This document shows, one piece after another, positions 14,991 through 25,599 of a stretch of 64,000 bases of DNA. The notes beneath the pieces were generated by a model, which was not told the origin of the DNA, made no database searches, and saw only the letters and a list, made by a program, of their open reading frames with translations. This DNA comes from Lama guanicoe. Lineage: Eukaryota. A program made the position numbers and the translations under genes. The stretch covers positions 209,698-273,697 of the forward strand of contig MU053823.1 in the NCBI GenBank assembly GCA_013239625.1. Reading direction: 5' to 3'. Numbering within the stretch: position 1 is the first letter of the stretch; each line of letters opens with the position of its first letter.

Positions 14991-15961
14991 AGCAAAATGC
15001 ATGCTAAATGAAGGAAAGTTTTAGGAATACTGAGTGGCCAGATGTATGCATGGGAGGGAGGCACAGAACAGAAAAGCTAGCTGATACTCCAAATACAGCA
15101 TTGCTATGTATCAGTCAAATTGTGAAAAATCTCCTGATTTCCATCCTAGTGTTCTCCACAGAATACTAAGGAAGGATTTCCTGACCTGGATAACCCAACA
15201 CGGAAGGCACTTAAACAGAAAAATAGATATCATGGCTTTTGTCTTTCAAAATGTGTTGGGGGGGTTAAATTACACTTTATTCTTTAAGGACAGAAAAGGC
15301 CTGAGGATCTAGCACTGTGTCTGTGGCTCTGTGATGATTCTGCGCCATGTACTGGAATTATGTACATGTGCCTATGAACCATTTTATGATGATAACAAGA
15401 TTAGCACTTGATTCTACCCTACTTCTCCTTTCTCTCCTACTTTTTTCAAAAAGTTTAGTTTTCTGCAATCAAATGTCACCTTTTAATTGAAAATACAATG
15501 TATTTCTGTTTTATCTACTTTTGTTCTTTTCTTCACTAATGAGCCTCCTATTACTGATATTTCCAATTCCCTTGCTACTGAATGTTGACTGTTTTTTGTT
15601 CTTACTCACTATCATTCTAGGACTAGTGTCCACAACTGGCAGTGACCTGAATAGTACCAGGTAATCTTACTAAACAAGTGATCCTAGATTTTTATCTTGA
15701 AAATGTACAACAACAAGGGAAATGATTCATCATAAATGAACAATTTGTATCTGAGTAAAGTCAAAATAATGCAATAATTTTTCTAAAATCAAGGTAATAA
15801 GAAAATATTCTTTCCCCTAGTGACTGGATATAACAGCTTGTACTGATGACTGGCCATTTAAAAACAAAACAAACAAATGAACAAAAACCTGAAAGTGTGT
15901 CTTTAACTCAGTACCCTCTGAAACGGCCTTGGGCTGAGTGCCTTAGCAACTGCTACATCAC

Positions 15962-15994
15962 TGCAATCATCGACTCTGACCACAAGAGGGCCAC
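15962..15994 (+). promoter_or_regulatory. CTCF site candidate (core plus upstream module)
   Basis: TGCAATCAT-N6-TGACCACAAGAGGGCCAC. Confidence 0.6.
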
Positions 15995-16375
15995 TTAAAA
16001 TCACATGAGATTATCACAGATGCTTTTAAAGTGGATGACTTGAGGCAAAAAGAAGAAACAGAGAAAAAGGTCCTGTGATAGGAAAATAAATCTTTAATTA
16101 AAAAAAAACCCTAAATTTATACATGTGCAGAAACCAAATAAGACCGTTTTGTCAATCCTCAATTTCTGTGTACACAAATTGATACCTGAAAAGTTTAATC
16201 CAATCTAAATCAAACTGCCAATCTTACAAACGATTCAAAATTTCTGCCTACATTCCTCTCAGTTCTGATTCTTGCTTCCACAGACCAACAGCAGGGAAGT
16301 GAGACAGGCCTCCAGCCTCAGGAGAAAGGGGCAGAGTTTTTCTCTCTGGTACTGTTGTTATCTGGCCATCATTTT

Positions 16376-16768
16376 GTGTGGATGGTCATGCGACATGTCA
16401 TCTTGGCTAGGGAACAGTCCTAGTTACTCAAACACTAGTCCAGATGCTGCTGTGAAAGTATTTTGTAGACGTGATTAAAGTCTATAATCAGTTGACGTCA
16501 AGCAAGGGAGATTATTATAATCTGCGTGGGGTTGATTCGATCAGCTGAAAGGCTCTAAGAGCAGAGCTGAAGCTTCCCTGAAGAAGAAGAGATTCCGCCT
16601 GTGGTCAGCAGTGTCTGCCTCTTGTCTGCCCTTTCTGACGGCTTGCCCTTTGGGTTTTGGACTTGCCTAGTAAGCTCCACAATTACATAAACCAATTCCT
16701 GGCAATACATTTTTAAAAATGTATCTCCTACTGGTTCTGCTTCTCTTGTTGAACCCTGACGGACATGA
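16376..16768 (+). mobile_element. MLT2-type ERVL solo LTR
   Basis: gatgctgctgtgaaagtattttgtagacgtgattaa..tcagttgac; ends tctcctactggttctgcttctct..gaaccctgac. Confidence 0.8.
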
Positions 16769-18049
16769 TACCCAGATACTAGCTATCACTCATGGGGCAC
16801 TTGCATGGGTTTTAGGAGATCCCACACACAGATGGATACACTCCCGAGGAATTCCTGCACTACACCGTTCCCTGAAACTGGCGACATGCTCTCTGAAAGC
16901 TCTCTTAACGTTACCTTAAATCTCAACTTGTGGTGAAACATTCCACATGACCGCTTTCTTCTGAGGTGCCCGGCAGGAAGTCCTCCTGAATAAAGCCCTT
17001 TGCAAATAACACAAACCCTACCGCCTTCTCACACTTCCTCTGGGCCCAGGCAGGGTCCTATACCCACTCAACAAACAATGAAACGGCAGCTTGCATCCAC
17101 TGCACCTGGCCTTCCTTACCCCTTCATCAGGGGCAGTTTCTGCTGGCTTCCCACCAACAGACCTCTCTCAGCAATATCCAGACAGCAGTTTCTATGCCGT
17201 CTACAACACGGCACTTAGGTCAAGTTCTTCTGAGCGCTCCCTTGTTCCTCCGTCAGCCGGAGATCTACGAGTTTCCACAGCTGAGCAGCACAGAGCCAGA
17301 GAGTAAAGCTCTGTGTCTATCTCCAGCAAGCAGATGCCCTCTAGTTTCCTTCCTCACTTGGCCTGGGCAGAAGGAGGGGAGACACGCTAGCAATCTTTTC
17401 ATCCACAAATTTTCAAAAAATTTGCCACTGTAGTTGGTCTTGAACTTTTCCTTATAAGGGGTGTTGGTAAGTGTCCCCAGACCAGTTTGGAGAGTCCTAC
17501 GGGGTGTGTCTAAGGACTCTCTCCAATACAGGACTTCTCATCACCTACTATTCTCAGCTCTGGGTTTCAGCCAAAAGTTTGAGACCAGAGGGAAAAAAAG
17601 TCTCTAACATTCTATTACTTCCATCGCTGGGGGAGTTTTTCCACTCTCACTAAAATCTATTATTCATAGGTAAGCTCTACCCAGAATTTTGTCTCTAAAA
17701 ATGCTAGGCTGTACTAGCCTGCCCACAATGTTTGCCACTCGTGGCTCTGTTTCTGAGTCCAGGGATATCCGATGAGCCCCCGACTCTGTCAGTGGATATC
17801 TGTAGTGCATACGCTCCGGATTTGTAAAGCCTCCTGCACAAGCCTTCGTCAGTGTCATCACTATGCTCATTTCAATGTTTCACTAGCAAATGCACTAATT
17901 TTCCATCCTTCGTGACACGACAATGCCAATTCCAGTTAGTTCCTAGTGTTTCGATAACTATGCCTCTCACTAGAAGTCAGCTGTCTTATACTTTCCCCTA
18001 ATTCAATCTTAGAATGGAGAATGGAGGAGTTCAAATGCTATAGAGAGAA

Positions 18050-18900
18050 AAGTTACAAACAAGATAAAATATTTTCAGCCTGTATCACACACAAATAGCT
18101 AATTTATTTAGCACATAAAGAACTTTTTCTTACAAATTATTTAGGAAAAGATCGTTACCACCCTTTTTTTTTTTAATAATAAAGGCTATGAACTGTCAGT
18201 TCATAGCAAAGGAAATACGAAGGCTCGGAAGCATGTGCAAAGATGCTCGCTGTAATTCTTAATAAGAGAAAAACAAATTAAAACCACAATGAGAACCGCT
18301 TCTCATGTCTCTAATTAGTAAAGATCAAAATGTTTGATGAAAAACTGCATTGGTGGAGATGTCAAGAAAATGAAACTATGATACATTGCTGGTGGGAGTG
18401 TAAACCTGTAGATTTATGTAGAGCAATTTGGCATGTCTAGAAACACTCAAAAAAGCACAAAGTTACATCTGTAGAAATATAGTCACTGCAGCACTGTTTG
18501 TACAGGCAAAGGAGAGGAAATGACTTAAACTTCTATTAATAGGAGACTAGCTAAACAAATGGTTAAATCCATAAAATAGAATTCTATCCAGCCACGAAAA
18601 AGAATGAAGTAATTGTAATGAGTATAAACATAGAAAGATTCAAGATAAAGTGTTCATTGGGGCTGGCAGGGGTAAAGCTCAGAGCAGTGTGTATACTAGG
18701 CTACAACTTGTGGTGAATTTGTGTGTGTGGTGGGGGGTAAATAGGTTATATCTGGGAAAGAGCATAAAAAGTCAACAGTATTTTTCTCCAGGAAAAGGAA
18801 ATGTGTGAGCAAGCAATCAGAGGTGGGAGCAGACACTCTTTTTTCATGCCTGTATTTTTTTATAACTTTTGAAGTTTATACCGTGAGCATACACATCCTC
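18050..18900 (+). mobile_element. Ancient L1 (L1ME-like) 3' fragments
   Basis: aaattaaaaccacaatgaga; acattgctggtgggagtgtaaa; agccacgaaaaagaatgaa. Confidence 0.7.
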
Positions 18901-21084
18901 AAAACAGTAAATAACAATTTGAAAGAAGCAGCACATAAAGAAGAGAATCACAAACTGTGACAAGAGCATTGAAGCAACTAAACAAGTGGATGTCACAGAG
19001 GGTTAGGAGATTGGCTATTTTTAGATGGAACGATCATATAGTACGGCTTAATGTAGGCTCAGAGAAGCTAAGCATTTTGCCTAAAGTCACACAGCAACTA
19101 TTAGAAAAAGGATTTGAATAAAGGTTAGTCTTACTGACTCCAGCATCGGTGCTCTTCCCACTATAACCCTGCTGCTCTCAAGAGGGGACATAGCATTTTC
19201 TAAGGAAAAATTTATAGCATGTGGCCATACAAAGAACCAGTGTGACTAGTAGGTTTCAGGAAGGCATTTGTGCATTCTGTACCTGTCACAGCCAGTAGCA
19301 TTTAGATGCAGACAGTTGGTTACAAGTCATGCAGGGTCTTGCAAGTCAAGAAAAATTAAAAATTACTTAAGCGAAAAATAGGAAGAACTAAGGGGAGAAA
19401 ACCTGCTAGCTCTTGACTAGGGATCTACAGAGCACATTCTTGCCAATCCCTGGCGAGACATCATGTATTTAACAGTTTGGGTACACACTGGTGAGGGCAG
19501 CGCCGGGTCCCAGCAGCTGTTGTAGCTAAGAAGGCTGAAACTCTGAAGCAGTCTCAGCACCTATGACAAAACCTGGAATGTGTGCAGTGAAGTCACCGAT
19601 CCTATGTCCAGGTGACCCAAGACACGGTCCATTGGAAGACAGGGAGGACCTATTCTGGGGGAGCAAAGAAAGAAAACACACCTTTTAAGAGTAGATCTAA
19701 AAGAGGTGGCGGGGAAAGGAGAAAAGGCACATCAAGCAGGTAATCCAAAGCACAAATGGAGCAGCACAACGGCAGCCTGAGCTTCCAAGCCCAGAGCAAC
19801 GGAACCAACTAACCCTCCGCCTGGGACGGACTCAGAGAAGCCCCGGCGAACACTCTCACGCACTGTCAAGGCCAAGCCAGCTCGCCAACGATCAGGCTCG
19901 ACCGTTGAGCCAGAGGTGCAGACTGGCTTCCTTCTGTCTTGATCACTGTTTTCTAGTTATACAGGTAAAAGATAAAAAGTTCTCATTTTAAAAGGTTTGT
20001 TCTACAGAAAAACAGAAAGAAAGGGAAAGAGGAGGTTATTTATTCAATCATTTTTGATACTGACAGACATTTGAATTGTTTCTAATTTTTCCTACTGTAG
20101 AAGTATAATGAGGTTCTTTGTGCATTCGTACAAACAATTCTTCAGAATCTATTGCTAGCAGTGTATCAAGTCTGCAGACTGGCCAGGCCAAAAGCAGGAG
20201 GAGTGATGAGGTATGAGATACCATCAGTGTCTAGTCTGAGTCAGCAGGAAAAGTTCATGCCTGTCCTTGGCACCTGCCCAAGCAAGTATCTGGCTCCACC
20301 CTGATCCGGGACCCCACAATTCGACCATCCTCTCACTGCCCCTCCCAATAAACCTTATCCGGGGTGGATGTAATCCTTGTACACGGAAAACAGATCACCC
20401 TACATTATGGTCCTTTATCCAGAATACTCCCACACTTCTTTGCATTAACTACAACCCAACTGGTTTTTAAAAAATGATGACCTCTCAAAATGAACTCACT
20501 GAAATTTCACATCTTCCAGCAGCACGTCAGCGATGGATTACGAACAGGGACCTCCAGATTGCCAATTCCACTGAATACTTGTCTCCCATTACGTTACCTT
20601 ATGTCTCTTTAGCATCTCAGTCTTTGCGTGCTCCCTCCACCTTGAAAATCACTCCTTCCTTCGCGCTCATCCCATCCCCTTCACGCTCCCTCCTGGGTGC
20701 CAGCACGGGAGTTTTCTCCCCTCCCCTTCATTTCCTTCCCATCTCAATATTAACACAGAAATGAAGACTTTATTATCATCAAAGTTTTGCCATGAGAGAA
20801 GATCATTACTAGCAAGGGAAACATCTGTCTTATACATGTTCCACGGTGAAGAAACGGAAAGACCGCCCAAGTAAAAACCCATCACTCTTCCAGGACAGAG
20901 CCAGGAGTGAAAAGTCACCATGATCTTGAGGAGCCTGTGGTTCACTTCATTTTTGCTCAATAAGGATATAGAGAAATAGGCCCTTTAACTCATATGTTCC
21001 TGGAGACTTTAAACTGATGGGCCCATTTGAAAGTACCCACTGATTCAGCATGTACAAAATGACATGTGAAAACGGTATATCTAT

Positions 21085-22206
21085 CTAAAATCTATAGGAA
21101 AAATCATAGGACCTAGAACAACTAAAAGAATTTTGAGAAAGGAAAACAAAGTTGGAGGACTATATGACCTGATTTCAAGACTTAGTATAAAATTACGCTG
21201 GAGTAGAAGTAAAAGAATAAGACATAAAAATAAACGGAACAAAAGAGAAAATGCAGAAATACACCTGCGTGTATAAGTTCACTGATTTTTAACAAAGGTA
21301 TCAAGGAAATTCAATTTTAGAAAGGGTAGTTATTTCAATAAATGGTGCTGGAACAATTAGACATCTTAAAGAATTTTTTTAAATGACCTCAACCCATACC
21401 TCATACCATATACAAAAGTTAGATCATGATAGACCACAGACCCAAATGCAAAATCTAAAACTATAAAATTTCAGGAAGAAAACATAAAGGCAATCTCTGT
21501 GATCTTGGACTAGGCAGTTTCTTAAAAAGTTAAACATTTACCTACCATATGATCCAGCCATTCCACCTCCTAAGTATTTACTCAAGAGAAAAAGAAGGCC
21601 TCTCTCCACACTAAGATTTATATCCAAATGTTCGTAACAGCTTTATTTTTCATAGCCCAAAACTGGAAACTATCTACATGCCCGTCAATAAGCGAATGGA
21701 GGGGGGAGGGTATAGCTCAAGTGGTGGACTGTGCAAGGTCCTGGGTTCAATCCCCAGTACCTCCTCCAAATAGAAATAAATGAATAAACCTAATTAAAAA
21801 TAAATAAACAAGTGAATGGATAAACAAATTGTGGCACATCCATATAACAAAACCTCAGCAATAAAAAGGAGTAACTGCTGATACACATAACAATATGGAT
21901 TAATCTCAAAATAATCATGCTGAGCAAAAGAAGCCAGAAAAAAAGAGTACATATTTAAAGACTCTGTTAAACTAGGATGGCAGAAGGTAGATCAGGGGCC
22001 CCTGGAGTGGAAGAGTCTTGGATGACAGAGAGGAGAGAGGGAGGAATTACAAAAATGCATGAAGATTATATAGTGATATATTCACTCAAGTGATATCTTG
22101 ATTGAGGTGACAGTTTCACAGGTATATCCACTACGTCAAAACTTAGCCAGCTTAACTCTTTAAATATACTCAGTTTATTGTGTGTCAGTTGTACCTCAGT
22201 AAAACC
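21085..22206 (+). mobile_element. L1MB/MC-like 3' portion
   Basis: aacaaagttggaggact..gatttcaagact; catatgatccagccattccac; agcccaaaactggaaac; ends gtcagttgtacctcagtaaaa. Confidence 0.85.
21701..21809 (+). mobile_element. tRNA-derived SINE (camelid vic-1-like) inserted in L1
   Basis: gggggagggtatagctcaagtggt (A box), ggttcaatccc (B box), A-rich tail; TSD aagcgaatgga / aagtgaatgga. Confidence 0.9.
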
Positions 22207-23947
22207 AGTTTGAGGGGCAGTGACAAAGGAAGCTGTCACAGTAAGTAAGCTAGGTGACCAACCACTGTGGCTTTTTGTGTTAAAAGTGGAGATGGAGAGA
22301 AGTGATGAGATTTAGAACACACTTCGGTGGTAGAGATGAGAAAATGTGCTGATGCACTAGTGAGTGGGGGAAAAAAGTAAGATAACAGAAAGCTCTTCAG
22401 TTTGGAACCTGAACAACCAAGTGGATGGCAGGGCCATTTCCTGAGACGCAGAAGACTTGGGAGCAGGGACGCACAAGAGAACACTCATCCCGTCACTGCT
22501 TGTGACGGTGGGGGCACAAAGGCAAACTGGGTGTCCGCGCGAAGGGAGCGGGTGCATAAACGGGGACTCAGCAGCAGTCAAAGGATGAATTATGTGTACG
22601 CGGCGCAATGAGGATGGACCTCAAAAGCATGCTGCTAGTGGAAAAAGTAGTGTGATGAGATACATGGAGAAAACATTTAATTAAACATGAAACAAATAAA
22701 GAAGAAAACTACGTATTTTTTAAGGGTACAAATGAGCTCAAGGACTGTCTCAAATATCAAAATAAACTCCTGTGGAGGGAAGAGGAATGAAGGGGGGATC
22801 CAGGAAGAAGGGGAAGGTGAACAGAACTGGACAGAGGTATATATGGACTGACGGAGATGGTCTGAGGAACTCTGATTACTGTACCTGTGGTCCAAAAACT
22901 ATTTACTAAAGTACAGTAATATAGCAAAATAACAAAATGGACGAGAGTCCAGGTTTTTGCTATATTACAGGGATTACACAATTTTACTGTTTTCACTTTT
23001 CTTACTGACCCTCAGACACCTCATAGCTGTGACCCCTATGGAGGTCTTCCCCCTCTGGATTTTCTTCATCCTCATTTGGTTACTGGTCTCTTACTATCTT
23101 TTAAAAATGTCTTATTCTAAACACGGCATGTCCTGGATAAGCTTACTGCATAACGTTCATGCAGCTGTGGGATCACAGCTGTGGGGTGCGAGTGCTGATA
23201 GAGAAATTCCAGTTTCTATATCTAGGTGAAGTAGGCCCTTTGCCTTTTTAGAGCCAGTGACTGAATGCTCACATGAATAGGGTTAAGGGGAGATTAGGAT
23301 ATACTGCGTTTCTTGCTCTTAATTCCTCTAATTAATTTGTGGGCTAACAGAAACAACTAGGATAAGAATTTTTAAATGGTTTTTTTATTTATCCTTTCAT
23401 GTATTTAATATTCACTGATGCAAGCACTATGTTAGGAGTCTGGAATACAAGGGTGGCTAAGACACAGCCCACGTCCTAAAAATACTACAAAAGAGAAAGA
23501 CAAGGCAACATCACAACCCAGTATCGTCGACAGAGCAGAATTACAGTCTCCTTCATCACTCCCTCCTGGACCTTTAAACAACACCTTCCCTCCTTATCTG
23601 TGTCCAAACCCTACTAAAGAGAAATAATAACGGTTTTCTCGTTTTTGAGGCATTCGCGCCTAAAATAATTTGGGGGTCAATCACATAAGCTGCCTCCGTT
23701 CATTTCTCTCTACAAAAATGCCTACCAGACTGACCACTGTTGTGAAATTAAAATGCAAATCACATTCGTCCCTTGGAAAAGGCAGTCACGGGTTGGTTTA
23801 TTCAGCCCCGCCTACGCACTCTCAGAGGAAAATTAAATCTTTCTGAGAGTCAAGGCACTTATTTAAGTGTGAAGCGCTGAGAATCAAAGCACCACTTTAC
23901 TCTCATCTGCTTTCCACAACCTGTTTCCTCACCATCGGCATCATTCT

Positions 23948-23977
23948 TCAGAACAAAGCTTCATCTGCAAAGGACCA
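23948..23977 (-). CDS. KLRG1: KLRG1 alternative terminal exon (195-aa isoform)
   Basis: caaatag acceptor then WSFADEALF*, similar to the recalled human long-isoform tail CPFADQALF; in frame from internal donor AAG|GTCAGG at 24430. Confidence 0.7.
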   Translation of the reverse strand, partial: WSFADEALF

Positions 23978-24417
23978 CTATTTGAATCAAAATATACTGT
24001 CAGGGTGAAGTAGCACGTCCACCCACTACCACACATACAAACCCTCCAGTCCACTGGCCTTGGTACATGTCTGCACAGATTTCATCAGCTCAGAAAATAA
24101 CAGGAAAAAAGCACATTTTTGGCAGAGATGATGGGGACGCAGGAGGCAGGGGTAGTCGCCAGAGTGAGAAATACTAAAAACAAACCTTCTCTGTTTCACA
24201 AATTTGCCTACATCCAGTCTGCGAACTGTTAAGATAATATCTAAATACTCTCAAAGAGAGCCCAGCAGTATACCATCAACCCAGGGAGGCTGCACTCATC
24301 TTACATCTAACGCGCATCGTAGCCGGGGAGCTTGCACAAGCCATGAGTCATGGGTAGCCCGACACCCAGGGGCCAGCTCCCTCTTTGTAGGGAGTCATAT
24401 GACAGCCTGACCAGTCA

Positions 24418-24529
24418 TCACAGCCTGACCTTCTGACAGATCCACGGTAAAGGAACTTCACAGCTAGAGGCTTGGAGATACTCTTTGCTGATAGTCCCAC
24501 ACTTCTGTACTAAGCTGTTTAAAAGAATT
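24418..24529 (-). CDS. KLRG1: KLRG1 coding exon 5 (CTLD C-terminus, stop of 189-aa isoform)
   Basis: cttacag acceptor; [36 protein letters not shown]. Exons sum to 570 nt = 189 aa + stop. Confidence 0.96.
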
Positions 24530-24882
24530 CTGTAAGAAACGAGAAAAAATCAATCACTCACGGTGACATGTAGAGTAAAGGAGTTATAAGGCATGAAGGG
24601 ATAAAACATAAGCAAATTCTCTCCCCTATTCAGACCCCAATTCACCCAGTTCCTGAAACAGCAGAATAAAAATTGCTCATTATCCTCTTCAAATGTCATC
24701 CTTTGATGTTTTGGGGTTTGGGGGTTTGGGTTTCCTTCCTTGTTCCCTGTCTCCTTTCCTCACCCTTTCCTCGCCCTCCATCTGCTATCCTTGATCTATT
24801 GCCCCAACCACATCATTTCTCTTCCCTTTTCTTTTTCCTTCTCTCTCTCACTTTTTCCCCCCACTCTTTTGAAGCTCCTCAC

Positions 24883-24983
24883 CTTGAGGTATTTAGGGCT
24901 GATCCATCTTCCCATCTCCAGCCAGAATTATTTCTCAGACCAATCCAGTAGAAGTCCTGAGTGAGGAAATCTGGGAGCTGGAA
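24883..24983 (-). CDS. KLRG1: KLRG1 coding exon 4 (CTLD, WIGL motif)
   Basis: cccttag / gtgag; 101 nt; [34 protein letters not shown]. Confidence 0.97.
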
Positions 24984-25094
24984 CTAAGGGAGAGGTCAAA
25001 GAAGGTGACAAAAGGTAAGAAAAATGCAGAAAGTCAAAGAAGAGATTTGGTGTCACGGTCAAGCCTTTATTCCTTACACCCTCTCTCATCACCA

Positions 25095-25465
25095 TTATTA
25101 TGGACTGAATGTTTGTGTCCCCCCAGAATTCATGTGTTGAAGCTCTGACACCACAATGTGATGGTATTTTAGAGGCAGAGCCTTTGGGAAGTAAGGAGGT
25201 TCAGATGACATCATGAGGGTGGGGCCCTCATGACTGATGGGGTTAGCATCCTTATAAGAGAACAGAGCTCAGTCTCTCTCCACCACCATCACGAGGACAG
25301 AACAAGAGGGCTGCTATCTGCAAGCCAGGAAGACGTTTCTCACCAGAAACCAAATCTGCAGCATCTTGACCTTGGACTTTTCAGCTCCCAGAACTAGAAG
25401 ACACAAACGCCTGTGGTTTAACCCCTCCGCCCCCCATAGTCTACAGCAGCCGAAGCTGAGTAAAA
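25095..25465 (+). mobile_element. MLT1A/B-type MaLR solo LTR in KLRG1 intron 3
   Basis: tatggactgaatgtttgtgtccccc..aattcatgtgttgaagc..aatgtgatggtatt..gacttttcagctcccagaact. Confidence 0.88.
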
Positions 25466-25599
25466 TTACCACCAACCCCAAATCACTCTCTCTCTTACAC
25501 TCTGATTCTAGAGATTTGTTGTTTGCAGAGCGGAGCTCTTCCTAGAACTGAACTTTATGGCTATAACTAACTGCATTCTTATAATGTGACAGATAAGAT

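Noticed and set aside
17664..17870. 68-aa minus-strand ORF in non-repetitive DNA
   Set aside because: No recognisable family or exon structure; length within chance expectation.
21701..21760. tRNA-like A/B boxes
   Set aside because: SINE head with A-rich tail and TSD; no complete cloverleaf.
1..23900. Exons of A2M/PZP-family genes expected beyond KLRG1 by synteny
   Set aside because: No matching peptides recognised by eye; they probably lie outside the window. A tblastn search would settle it.
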